Assembly (NCBI GenBank): GCA_903827975.1
Contig: CAIKKG010000005.1
Span: 372-64,371 of the forward strand
Length of the DNA stretch: 64,000 bases
Source of the DNA: an uncultured bacterium
GTDB lineage: Bacteria > Patescibacteriota > Minisyncoccia > UBA6257 > GWB1-50-10
Reading direction: 5' to 3'
The notes below the pieces were generated by a model, which saw nothing but the letters and a program-made list of their open reading frames with translations, was not told the DNA's origin and made no database searches. A program made the translations under genes and the position numbers. Below are positions 26,478 to 35,743 of this stretch, piece by piece. The stretch's first letter is position 1. Every line of letters begins with the position of its first letter.

Positions 26478-26974
26478 AAACTCAGGATAATATTTCATCA
26501 CTTATTAAAAGTGGGAAGATAAAAATGAAACCCAGGTGGTACTTTTTACTTGGCTCAATCGCAATGTTTTCAGGACTTTTTGGTATTGCAACGCTCTCCA
26601 TATTTTTAACAAGTTTAATAACATTCTCACTTCGTACGCACGGGCCAATGGGGGAGATTAGATATGAGCAGTTGCTTTCAAGCTTTCCATGGTGGGCGAT
26701 TCCAGTTGTGATTCTTGGAATTGGGGTTGGTATATGGATTTTGCGTGAGTACGATTTTTCATATAAACATAATTTTTTATATATAGTCATTGGTGCTGTG
26801 GCAGCAATACTTTTTATCGGTTGGAGTATTAATTATTTCGGATTTGATAGTGGGTGGATGGGGCGTGGAGGTATGCGTGGATTGTATCAGCAATATGACG
26901 GTGGAATGATGCGTAGTGGTGGACGTGGCATGCAGCGCGCTATGTATGATGGCAGTCAGATATATTCAAGATAA
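26456..26974 (+). CDS. Three-TM protein, putative anti-sigma factor
   Basis: Overlaps sigma gene; TM helices; Gly/Met-rich tail. Confidence 0.6.
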   Translation: MSNQKQIETQDNISSLIKSGKIKMKPRWYFLLGSIAMFSGLFGIATLSIFLTSLITFSLRTHGPMGEIRYEQLLSSFPWWAIPVVILGIGVGIWILREYDFSYKHNFLYIVIGAVAAILFIGWSINYFGFDSGWMGRGGMRGLYQQYDGGMMRSGGRGMQRAMYDGSQIYSR

Positions 26975-27017
26975 GAAAAATATAGCGGTGTATTTTTATA
27001 AGTGGTAGGATTTAGAT

Positions 27018-27209
27018 ATGAACATCTTTAAGCCATACACCTTGAATTGGCAGCATGGGAGTATTTTTAAGATCTCTATGATTTCTGGGGGGATAGCAAT
27101 CGGGACATACTGGTATCAATTTTTTACCCAGTTTATTTTGTTATTTGTAACCATCGCAGTCATTGGTGGATTATATGTCAGCTATGATTGGTGGAAGCAA
27201 ATAAAATAA
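27018..27209 (+). CDS. Small membrane protein
   Basis: 63 aa, two hydrophobic segments. Confidence 0.65.
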   Translation: MNIFKPYTLNWQHGSIFKISMISGGIAIGTYWYQFFTQFILLFVTIAVIGGLYVSYDWWKQIK

Positions 27210-27321
27210 AAAACCTTGGTATTATATTTCTCGGTAAAAAAATATAGAACCGCTGACATGGTTTCAGCGGTTCAGTCATATAAAAGTTGGATTAAAATGA
27301 GTAATAATATATTCTAATTTT

Positions 27322-28407
27322 ATGAGCACAAATGTGGCACAAGCTAATGTAAGGAAGTTTAATTTTCACGTTTCATACCTGAATGGATTCGCTCTTATTA
27401 GCATTATTTTTATTCATCTTATTGATTGGTCTAATCTATCAATCTCTCCAAGCGCTCAGATAATAAAAGATTTTCTTCGTGCTGGTGTGATATTGTTTGT
27501 TTTCGTTGCTGGGGCAGTTACATTCATGGCCTATGAGGGCCGAACTCTTATAGAGTCTACAAAACGCTTATTGCGTAGAGGTATTGAGACGCTCTTTTTT
27601 TATTATCTTTATAGTCTAATAAAACTATTTATTTTTAATTTTTCTACACAACCATTTTACGAACAGTTTATAGGAATAGGTAAGTTTAGTTTTTTGGACA
27701 TTCTTAAATTCCGTAGCTTCTCAGTTCCAATAACAATTCTTATTACATTTGCCTTCCTCTTTATGTTCTCCCCAGTGCTTCTCTATATACATAAGAAAAC
27801 GAAGAGTCCGATTCGTAATATCGCGCTACTCATTGCGGGACTTCTAGGTATTAATTATCTAACCTCTATTCCATCATTAAATAATCCTATAATTAAGTTT
27901 TTATATTCAGATGGATTTGTGCTTTTCCCGCTCGCGCTCTGGATTGTTCCATTCGCACTCGGCTTTTTTGTCGCGCAGAACGGATTTGAAAAGCAGAAGA
28001 AAAAGGTTCTTATTGTGAGCGGGTTAATCACGTTTTTTTACGGAGTGATATATTTTGTGCAACAAAAGTCACTTCTCCCATATGACTATGAGTTTCCACT
28101 CTCACTATATTTTATATCCTCTGGTATATTCTTTGCCTCATTACTCCTTTATTTATTCTGGTATTTAGAGCACGTACATAAGACTTGGATTATGAAAATA
28201 ATGGCTGGACTTAGGTTGCTCGGCGATAACACGCTTAACCTATATCTTTTTCACTGGATTGTTATTGATTGTACGATTTGGATGTTTTCACCACACACAG
28301 ACCTTATACTTGTTTCCGTACCTCTATTTTTCGTATTATATTTTATATTTAACAGAGAGAAATATGCCAAGTATTATATTAGTCAGAAAGGTTTGTCTAC
28401 GTCTTAG
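27322..28407 (+). CDS. Polytopic membrane protein, acyltransferase/OpgC-like
   Basis: LNGFALISIIFIH N-terminal motif, LGDNTLNLYLFHW C-terminal motif, ~10 TM. Confidence 0.6.
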   Translation: MSTNVAQANVRKFNFHVSYLNGFALISIIFIHLIDWSNLSISPSAQIIKDFLRAGVILFVFVAGAVTFMAYEGRTLIESTKRLLRRGIETLFFYYLYSLIKLFIFNFSTQPFYEQFIGIGKFSFLDILKFRSFSVPITILITFAFLFMFSPVLLYIHKKTKSPIRNIALLIAGLLGINYLTSIPSLNNPIIKFLYSDGFVLFPLALWIVPFALGFFVAQNGFEKQKKKVLIVSGLITFFYGVIYFVQQKSLLPYDYEFPLSLYFISSGIFFASLLLYLFWYLEHVHKTWIMKIMAGLRLLGDNTLNLYLFHWIVIDCTIWMFSPHTDLILVSVPLFFVLYFIFNREKYAKYYISQKGLSTS

Positions 28408-28458
28408 CATCATGATAGTCTGATTTTAGTTCATCCTATATTAAAAAAAGGAGGGGGT

Positions 28459-28815
28459 ATGCGGCTTTCTGTCGTGTGTATTGTTCTAGCACTTATTCTC
28501 TATACCGTTGCAGTTTGGTCTGAATGGGCGAAGCAACGTCTGAAATTCTGGATGGTCGCTTTATTCACTTTTGGATTTGTGTTTGATCTTATTGGAACAT
28601 CACTCATGTTTCTTAGGGCTACACGTATATTTGTATTTAGCGTTCACTCCTTTTTTGGGCTCTTAGCGCTTCTAATAATGCTCCTTCATTTACTCTGGGC
28701 ATTACTTGCTATTACGAGGCAGGGAATTGCAGAGGCATATTTCACAAGGTTTTCCAGATTCGCCTGGGTATTGTGGCTTATCGCATTTATAAGTGGAATT
28801 CCCAAGGGTATGTAA
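28459..28815 (+). CDS. HsmA-family (TIGR03987-like) four-TM protein
   Basis: LALILYTVAVWSE...GFVFDLIGTSLM...HSFFGLLALLIMLLHLLWA. Confidence 0.7.
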   Translation: MRLSVVCIVLALILYTVAVWSEWAKQRLKFWMVALFTFGFVFDLIGTSLMFLRATRIFVFSVHSFFGLLALLIMLLHLLWALLAITRQGIAEAYFTRFSRFAWVLWLIAFISGIPKGM

Positions 28816-28877
28816 ATTACAAACCGCCAGTCATACGTAGACTCGGCGGTTTTTATTTTTATGTGAATAAATGGGTA

Positions 28878-28926
28878 TTGACTGGATGTGAGGGCTGATA
28901 TATCATTCAAACATTCATTTGAATGA
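28878..28926 (+). promoter_or_regulatory. Sigma70 promoter with ArsR/SmtB-type operator
   Basis: TTGACT-17-TATCAT overlapped by inverted repeat TCATTCAAA-6-TTTGAATGA (28903-28926). Confidence 0.75.
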
Positions 28927-28928
28927 AT

Positions 28929-29213
28929 ATGCGTACAAAAAAGGACATAAAAGATATTGCAAAGCTTTTGCGCACCGCGGGAGATATTGGTCGATTAAAT
29001 ATTCTTTGCGTAATTTTTGATAAAAAAGATATTTGCGTTTCTGATATTGCAAAGCAACTTGGTCTAAGCGTGGCCATTACCTCGCATCATCTGAAAGTCA
29101 TGGCAAAAATAGGCCTACTGATTTCAAATAGATCAGGAAAGAAAATCTGTTATGAGCTTCCTAAAACGCCATTCGTTCGAGATCTGAAGGGTTTCATCTG
29201 TAAATATAAATAA
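28929..29213 (+). CDS. ArsR/SmtB family transcriptional regulator
   Basis: GDIGRLNIL...ICVSDIAKQLGLSVAITSHHLKVM...RSGKKICY. Confidence 0.9.
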   Translation: MRTKKDIKDIAKLLRTAGDIGRLNILCVIFDKKDICVSDIAKQLGLSVAITSHHLKVMAKIGLLISNRSGKKICYELPKTPFVRDLKGFICKYK

Positions 29214-29232
29214 ATAATTAACATATAAAAAC

Positions 29233-29472
29233 ATGAGCACACATTCTGTAACAGTATATTCAACGCCAAGCTGCCCATACTGCGTTATGGCGAAAAACTA
29301 TTTTAAGAAAAACGGAGTAGAGTTTAATGATATTGATGTGAGCATTGATACAAGTGCAGCAAACGAGATGGTGAGAAAGAGCGGACAGATGGGAGTTCCA
29401 GTTGTTGAGATTGATAACCAGATTGTTATTGGGTTTCAGCCAGACGCATTTGAGGAACTTCTTTCAGCATAA
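29233..29472 (+). CDS. Glutaredoxin-like protein (NrdH/YruB type)
   Basis: YSTPSCPYC, SGQMGVPV, IGF. Confidence 0.92.
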   Translation: MSTHSVTVYSTPSCPYCVMAKNYFKKNGVEFNDIDVSIDTSAANEMVRKSGQMGVPVVEIDNQIVIGFQPDAFEELLSA

Positions 29473-29479
29473 GTCTGAG

Positions 29480-29503
29480 AAAAACGCCCGATGGGCGTTT
29501 TTT
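29480..29503 (+). terminator. Intrinsic terminator
   Basis: AAAAACGCCC-GAT-GGGCGTTTTT. Confidence 0.8.
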
Positions 29504-29547
29504 ATTTAGATATGTTTAATAAAATATCTGGTGGTATAATTCTGCAT

Positions 29548-29967
29548 ATGGACACACACATTCCAAACCCACGTATTGAGGAGCGCTCTCAGTCAGGTCC
29601 GCACCTAACTACACATGAGCACACAGGTTTTAATGGTCGCTTAGCACTTCTTATTACCAATATGGTAAGTACGATGTGGTGTGCATATCTTTTCGCGCTT
29701 CTAGCTCTTATAAGTCTTCCAGAGGCCCTAAATGGTGGAACCTCATCAATAATTTCATGGGTCGCACAGACATTTCTCCAGTTGGTTCTTCTCTCGGTTA
29801 TTATGGTTGGTCAGAAGGTTGCAGCAAAGGCTTCAGATAAACGTGCAATACAGACATATAAGGATACTGAGGCATTACTTAAAATGCAGGATGAAGTATT
29901 ACAACTTACAAAGGCAAACAGTGAACTTACTAAGCAGATTCATGATTCTTTAATAAAAAAGGCCTAA
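29548..29967 (+). CDS. DUF1003-like membrane protein
   Basis: AQTFLQLVLLSVIMVGQ; start moved to ATG 7 nt after TATAAT. Confidence 0.7.
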   Translation: MDTHIPNPRIEERSQSGPHLTTHEHTGFNGRLALLITNMVSTMWCAYLFALLALISLPEALNGGTSSIISWVAQTFLQLVLLSVIMVGQKVAAKASDKRAIQTYKDTEALLKMQDEVLQLTKANSELTKQIHDSLIKKA

Positions 29968-29974
29968 GCCGAAT

Positions 29975-30472
29975 ATGGAGAACCCGGAACACGCACAGAG
30001 AGAAGAAAATATAGAAACAAAAGAAGCCCAGCAAAACCCAAACAGGATTGGGGAGCTTTTAAGTGTTGGCACTGATTTAGCAACCTCTCCTGATAAGGTC
30101 TATAGAAGTGTCGGTGATATTGGCGCAATAAATGATTTAAAAGAAAGCGGTATTGTTAGAAACGCCAAGTCCGCTGGAGTTAAGGAGAATAGCAGATGGG
30201 GAGATGCGGTTTTTTGGAGTCGTGGCAGAGACGGAGGGTATCACATTGTTTCACAGGGCGGATTTGTCATTGAGGCGCCATTTTCTGTTGCAAGTGAGAG
30301 GGCGGTTACAAGCGAAGATATTACGGCAATTTATACAAAAAATGAAAAAGGAGAGGTCTCGAACACATTAGCAGTGGAACGCGCGAGCGAGGGGTTAATC
30401 AAAAGTGAGCGGGAAGCGTCCGATATCAAGCACTTAGAAGAAGTAAGAAGAAGTCTCGGATTAATAGAATAA
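29975..30472 (+). CDS. Hypothetical protein
   Basis: 165-aa ORF. Confidence 0.65.
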   Translation: MENPEHAQREENIETKEAQQNPNRIGELLSVGTDLATSPDKVYRSVGDIGAINDLKESGIVRNAKSAGVKENSRWGDAVFWSRGRDGGYHIVSQGGFVIEAPFSVASERAVTSEDITAIYTKNEKGEVSNTLAVERASEGLIKSEREASDIKHLEEVRRSLGLIE

Positions 30473-30537
30473 GTGTGTTTTGCCTGATGCACAAAATCAG
30501 TAATCTGGTATAATGAATCTGTTAGTAAAAGTAGTTT

Positions 30538-30577
30538 AATAAAACCCCTTGTGAGGAGGGGTTTTATTGTTTTTTTG
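30538..30577 (+). terminator. Intrinsic terminator
   Basis: AATAAAACCCCT-7-AGGGGTTTTATT plus T tract. Confidence 0.75.
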
Positions 30578-30618
30578 GGTGGGTTGAGTCGCACGCCGCA
30601 AAGTGGCAAAATTAATAC

Positions 30619-31005
30619 ATGGGAATATATTTAACATCACTAGTTTCATTACTTGTACTCGACGGGCTTTGGATTACGGTTATTGCAAAATCTTTTTATA
30701 AGAAATATCTCGGGTATATTTTTGCAGAACAGTTTGTCTTGTGGCCGGCTGCGTTATTTTATCTACTTTATGCATTTGGCATCTTTTACTTTGTTGTAAC
30801 CCCAGCGATAGAAGCGAAGTCATTATCAGTTGCGCTTTTTCGCGGTGCACTTCTAGGGTTGTTGGCATATTCAACTTATGATTTAACAAACCATGCAACG
30901 ATTGCAAGGTGGCCACTTATTATTACGCTCACAGACATTGCGTGGGGAACCTTCGTTACTGCTGTTGTAAGTGCCATCGCATATTTTGTCGCTACAAAAT
31001 TTTAA
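30619..31005 (+). CDS. DUF2177 family membrane protein
   Basis: LDGLWI...YSTYDLTNHAT...DIAWG. Confidence 0.85.
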   Translation: MGIYLTSLVSLLVLDGLWITVIAKSFYKKYLGYIFAEQFVLWPAALFYLLYAFGIFYFVVTPAIEAKSLSVALFRGALLGLLAYSTYDLTNHATIARWPLIITLTDIAWGTFVTAVVSAIAYFVATKF

Positions 31006-31031
31006 TTTTCATATATCTCGCTTATTAATAT

Positions 31032-31547
31032 ATGAAAAAAGAAACCATTGTTACGGTGCGCGACAAAATGCAGAATAGCTACCAGTATAAACTAACCGAG
31101 CCCATCGGAAAGAACTTCACACCAGATTTTAAACCCGATCTTACACCTAAGGAGATGCTCGCACTCGGCGTATTTGGGGGGAAGTATATGACTGATTGTG
31201 GAAAGGAGTTTCCACTTAGTTGGTTTTCGCACGCAAAATTCTCCCCTGAATTTTATGATAAAAAGCTAAATTATTTTCATGTGCGTGCGAGTCAGCCTCT
31301 TAAGGTATGGCGTGAGAATGGTTGGATAAATGAGGAGCATGATCCACGCGGATGGTTTCAGTGGTATTGCAGATATTATATGGGGCGACGACTTCCTGAT
31401 GAGGACGTGCATCAAATTAAGAGATGGCGGGCAATGCGCCGACACGTTTCGCAGGTCATGAAGTATTGTAGGCCCGGAGAATTAGAGTGCAGACCCGTTC
31501 AACGACAGGCTCTTTTGCACTGGGCATACGATTCTAGAAATATATAG
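31032..31547 (+). CDS. Conserved hypothetical protein
   Basis: FKPDLTPKEMLALGVFGGKY...DPRGWFQWYCRYYMGRR...RQALLHWAYD. Confidence 0.8.
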   Translation: MKKETIVTVRDKMQNSYQYKLTEPIGKNFTPDFKPDLTPKEMLALGVFGGKYMTDCGKEFPLSWFSHAKFSPEFYDKKLNYFHVRASQPLKVWRENGWINEEHDPRGWFQWYCRYYMGRRLPDEDVHQIKRWRAMRRHVSQVMKYCRPGELECRPVQRQALLHWAYDSRNI

Positions 31548-31640
31548 ATAATTTTCCAGGAAAAATTATACACAGTTAGATTTAATACCTTAATCAGGTG
31601 GTATAATATATATTAGGAAGAAATTAAATATATAAAATAA

Positions 31641-34295
31641 ATGGCCATACAATCAGAAGAAAATATACAAAAAGAATTAACTGCTTCCGAACTACGTTAT
31701 CGTAGTTTATTCGATTCCTCACAAAATGGAATTCTTTTGCTTGATTTTGAGACTGGGGTTATTACAGATGTAAATAAGTTCCTCATTGATCTACTAGGCT
31801 TCTCTAAAGAAGAGCTTCTAAAAAAGTATATCTGGGACATAGGTGTTTTTAAGGATGTAGTTGAGTCAAAAGATAACTTCCAAAAACTGCGGGAAAGTGG
31901 GTATATTCGTTTTGAAAACCTTCCACTCGAAACAAAGGTTGGTAAGAAAATTTCCGTCGAGTTTATTTCAAGCGTGTACTTTGTTGCGAATAAAAAAATT
32001 ATTCAGTGCGATATTCGCGATATTTCTGATAGAGTCAGGGCAGAAAATAAACTTGCTTTTGCGAATTCTAAGTCTCTCGAGATGTTTGAAGCATTGAATG
32101 AGGGATTTATTAATGTTGATGATAGTGGAAACTTTACGCAGTTCAATAAAGCTGTGCTAAATATTCTTAATGTTACTGAGTCTCAGTTTAAAAGTAGGTC
32201 AGCCACAGATCCGATTTGGAAATCATATCGCCTTGATGAAACTAACTTTCCGTTAGATGAGCAGCCAGTCCCGATTGCTTTTAAAACCGGCAAAAAGAAT
32301 TCTGCAGTAATTGGAGTAGAGTCAATCGCTGGGGATATTCGCTGGATTAACGTTATTGCAACTCCATATTTTTTAATTGATGAATTAACCGGAAAAGAAA
32401 CAAATGTACGTAACGTGCTTGTTATTTTTGACGATGTAACCCGGTTGAAAGTGCAGTCAGACGAGATGTCAATTTTGAATGAACAGTTTATTTACGCTCA
32501 GAAAATTTCAAAAACAGGAAGCTTTTCTCTCGATTTTCATACAAACAAAGCGACACTATCTGATGAGGCTTTAGAAATATACGGTCTTCCAAAAAATGAG
32601 CGAACAATAACAAATGAGCATTTTTTGAAACTGGTTAAGCCGAGCGATAGAGAAAGGATTATGAGTGAGATTCAGGCAGTAATAAATAGTGGTGAAAGTA
32701 GAAAAAGCATATACAGTGTTTTTGCAGAAAACGATGGCGAGAAAATAATTAGTGCTAAAGTAAATGTAACTAGTGCTAAAATCGGCCACCCAGCAAAACT
32801 TGTCGGTGTATTTACTGATATTACAGAGGAAGAAAAAGCAAGGATTGAATTAGAATCAAGTAAGATGCGCTATAGGCGACTATTTGAAACCACGGAAGAT
32901 GGTATTTTGCTTGTTGATTTAAATACAGGAATTATTGTGGATATTAATCCATTTCTTTCTAAAATTCTTGGCTACTCAAAAGATGATTTAATTGGAAAAC
33001 ATCTATGGGAAATAGGTTCTTTTAAGGATACCATCGCATCGCAAGAAAACTTCAAGAAATTGCAGGAAAGCGGACATATTCGTTTTGAAGATCTTACTCT
33101 TGAAACAAAAATGGGTGGAATATTAAGTGTTGATTTTTTGGCAAATTCATTTATTTCAGATGACGAGAAAATTATTCAGTGTAATATTCGCGATATCACA
33201 CAAAAGAAAAAAAGTGATTTTTTAATTTCTGAATTAGTAAATGCAGTAAATGCATCTGGTGAGGCAATCTTTATGACGAATGCCAATGGTACAATCTCTT
33301 TTATTAATGATGAATTTATAAGGCTTTACGGATATACGAGAGAAGAGGTTTTAGATAGGACAACGCCACGCATATTAAAGAGTAGTGGTAGAAAGCCTGA
33401 GGAGCATGCAGAGCTTTGGGGTAAATTAATTAGCGGTGAGATAGTTAGAGAAGAGCATATAAATAAGGCAAAAGATGGGAGATTAATAACTGTTGATAGT
33501 GTTTCAAGTCCAATTTTTGATAATGATAAAAATCTCGTTGGCTTTTTTTCAATTCAGCGTGATATTTCAGATCGCGCGATTTCAGAAGCTCGCATTAAAC
33601 AATTGAATGAGTTGCGTGGAAGATTTCTTAATATTATTGCTCATCAACTAAGAACTCCACTCTCATCAATCAACTGGAATCTTGAAATGTTGATTGATGG
33701 TGATATGGGCAAGATGCAGGAATTGCAGAAGAAATTTATTCAGGTTACTCATGCAGAAAGCAAAAAGATTTCAAATAGACTCAACGAGCTCCTATCTGCA
33801 ATAGACATTGAAGACAATAAAGTATCCTTAATTAAAGAAAAAACGCCATTTGAAAGCATTTTAGCCTCAGCATTTAGTGAGCTAAAGGATAGGTTTAATC
33901 AGAAAGAGTTAAAAGTTAATTATGATGTGCCAATTACTTCTTTGCCATTGATCGAAGTTGATTCAGAAAAAACCAGGTCGGCCATTCTCGCAATTCTCGA
34001 GAACTCAGTTGATTATACGAAGGAGGGTGGCTCTGTTGTGATTAAGCTTTCTCAAGAGGGTGATGTTATTCACCTTGATGTGACGGATACTGGAGTTGGT
34101 GTGCCAAAAGCGGAACAGGACAGGGTTTATGAGCGTTTTTACCGCGCATCTAATGCCTCCGTTATGCATCCTGATGGCTTTGGTCTTGGTCTTTATGTTG
34201 CAAAGAGCTTTGTTGAATTAAATGGTGGCAAGATTGGATTTGAAAGTGAGGAGAACAAGGGAAGTAGGTTTTGGATTGAGTTTCCTCATAAATAA
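31641..34295 (+). CDS. Cytoplasmic multi-PAS sensor histidine kinase
   Basis: About five PAS/PAC units; AHQLRTPL H-box, ENSVDY, DTGVG, FYRA, GLGL. Confidence 0.93.
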   Translation: MAIQSEENIQKELTASELRYRSLFDSSQNGILLLDFETGVITDVNKFLIDLLGFSKEELLKKYIWDIGVFKDVVESKDNFQKLRESGYIRFENLPLETKVGKKISVEFISSVYFVANKKIIQCDIRDISDRVRAENKLAFANSKSLEMFEALNEGFINVDDSGNFTQFNKAVLNILNVTESQFKSRSATDPIWKSYRLDETNFPLDEQPVPIAFKTGKKNSAVIGVESIAGDIRWINVIATPYFLIDELTGKETNVRNVLVIFDDVTRLKVQSDEMSILNEQFIYAQKISKTGSFSLDFHTNKATLSDEALEIYGLPKNERTITNEHFLKLVKPSDRERIMSEIQAVINSGESRKSIYSVFAENDGEKIISAKVNVTSAKIGHPAKLVGVFTDITEEEKARIELESSKMRYRRLFETTEDGILLVDLNTGIIVDINPFLSKILGYSKDDLIGKHLWEIGSFKDTIASQENFKKLQESGHIRFEDLTLETKMGGILSVDFLANSFISDDEKIIQCNIRDITQKKKSDFLISELVNAVNASGEAIFMTNANGTISFINDEFIRLYGYTREEVLDRTTPRILKSSGRKPEEHAELWGKLISGEIVREEHINKAKDGRLITVDSVSSPIFDNDKNLVGFFSIQRDISDRAISEARIKQLNELRGRFLNIIAHQLRTPLSSINWNLEMLIDGDMGKMQELQKKFIQVTHAESKKISNRLNELLSAIDIEDNKVSLIKEKTPFESILASAFSELKDRFNQKELKVNYDVPITSLPLIEVDSEKTRSAILAILENSVDYTKEGGSVVIKLSQEGDVIHLDVTDTGVGVPKAEQDRVYERFYRASNASVMHPDGFGLGLYVAKSFVELNGGKIGFESEENKGSRFWIEFPHK

Positions 34296-34353
34296 ACTGT
34301 TTATTGGATGACTTACCGCATCGCCTAGTTTTGGCGTATAATAATTAATACAC

Positions 34354-34857
34354 ATGCGTAAGTTTTTCAGAAAACATTCATATCAGTTATTTAAAGCTGG
34401 AATATTTATTAAAGCCGGAATTGCAATTGCCGAGATTATAGTAGGCGTCGCATTTTATTTCCTAAGTTACGAGACAATGAATGCTATTCTTACATCTGTT
34501 TTACAGATTGTTGTAAAAAACCCAGAAAGTGGTATCTGGAGCATGGTAAACTCAGGGTTTAGAGATTTAATTATTTACTCAACTTCATTCTGGGCATTTA
34601 TATTCCTTTCTCACGGCATTACGAAAATTCTACTTACTAGAGGCCTATTAAAAAATAAGGCGTGGGCATATATTGCATCATTGGTCGTATTTTCCTACTT
34701 TATTATTAATCAGATTTATCAAACACTGCAACACCCATCATTTGCACTCGAGTTAATTACTGTGTTCGATATTATCGTGGTCTACTTAATATTTTACGAG
34801 TATAGGAGGAGTATATCGAGGAGAAAGTCTGAAGATGTGTCATTGCAACAGAATTAA
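34354..34857 (+). CDS. DUF2127-like membrane protein
   Basis: FKAGIFIKA...HGITKILL..GLLKNKAWAY...FDIIV. Confidence 0.75.
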   Translation: MRKFFRKHSYQLFKAGIFIKAGIAIAEIIVGVAFYFLSYETMNAILTSVLQIVVKNPESGIWSMVNSGFRDLIIYSTSFWAFIFLSHGITKILLTRGLLKNKAWAYIASLVVFSYFIINQIYQTLQHPSFALELITVFDIIVVYLIFYEYRRSISRRKSEDVSLQQN

Positions 34858-34883
34858 AATATCAAAAATAGTATAATAAACAT

Positions 34884-35390
34884 ATGGAGAAAGAAATAAA
34901 AAACTCAAAGCATAAATTCGGAACATGTGGTATGGCATGCGGGAGCGTATGGTGTACTGCAGTTAAGTGGTTGATACTTGTTGTTGCATTCGCAATTGTC
35001 TTTGTTCTAGGAATGATTAACGGAGCAGTGCGCACAGCTAATTATTATGAGCTAGACACACTAACAAACGCAGGCACGGGATTGCGCTATGGAATGATGA
35101 ATGGATATGGGGCTGAGCGTGGTGGATTCGGAATGATGCGCGGATATAAGGATGATACAAGAAGTCTTGAAAAGGTATTTGGCTCAATTACAAACATAAC
35201 TGGAAATACTATAAGTATTTTAGATAATGGTGGAAATACTGTATCAATATTTTCTTCTGCTAATACTGCTATTTTTTCTGGTCAGAGCGAGACGAGTATC
35301 AACTCTCTTGTTGTCGGGCAGGACGCATCAGTCTTCGGCACTCGTGATTTAGATGGAAGGATGAGGGCACAGTATATTTACACCAAATAA
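34884..35390 (+). CDS. Membrane-anchored hypothetical protein (GMM-rich linker, C-terminal beta domain)
   Basis: TM helix, GMM repeats. Confidence 0.7.
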   Translation: MEKEIKNSKHKFGTCGMACGSVWCTAVKWLILVVAFAIVFVLGMINGAVRTANYYELDTLTNAGTGLRYGMMNGYGAERGGFGMMRGYKDDTRSLEKVFGSITNITGNTISILDNGGNTVSIFSSANTAIFSGQSETSINSLVVGQDASVFGTRDLDGRMRAQYIYTK

Positions 35391-35475
35391 GCAGTAAAAT
35401 AGAACTCCACCACTCATTTGAGTGGTGGTTTTTATTATTAGCCAGAGTTTGCTGTGTTGGTATATACTTAAGTAT

Positions 35476-35694
35476 ATGAGAAAAAGGCTTTGGAAATGGT
35501 TCATGTATCTAACTAATAATGAGGAGGTCTCGCGTCACGAGGAGCACTTTGATGTTGTTTTCTTTGTGGTAAACACAATAGCGGTCATGGTTGGTGTCTA
35601 CCTTTTTATTTCAAAGGGTGAGGCTCAGTGGATTCCAGTTCTTGTAATCGAATATGCGTGGGCACTTGATAATATGCGCCACAATAGGCCATAA
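35476..35694 (+). CDS. Small membrane protein
   Basis: Start moved to ATG after TATACT; hydrophobic core. Confidence 0.65.
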   Translation: MRKRLWKWFMYLTNNEEVSRHEEHFDVVFFVVNTIAVMVGVYLFISKGEAQWIPVLVIEYAWALDNMRHNRP

Positions 35695-35702
35695 AGCGTA
35701 AT

Positions 35703-35737
35703 AAAAAAATCCCCGCGTAAATGCGGGGAGTTTTTTA
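35703..35737. terminator. Bidirectional terminator
   Basis: TCCCCGC-GTAAAT-GCGGGGA flanked by A and T tracts between convergent genes. Confidence 0.8.
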
Positions 35738-35743
35738 ATATGA

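Noticed and set aside
24200-35700. Classical integron cassette array
   Set aside because: Genes are co-oriented, but most have their own promoters and terminators. No intI and no convincing RYYYAAC...GTTRRRY attC sites.
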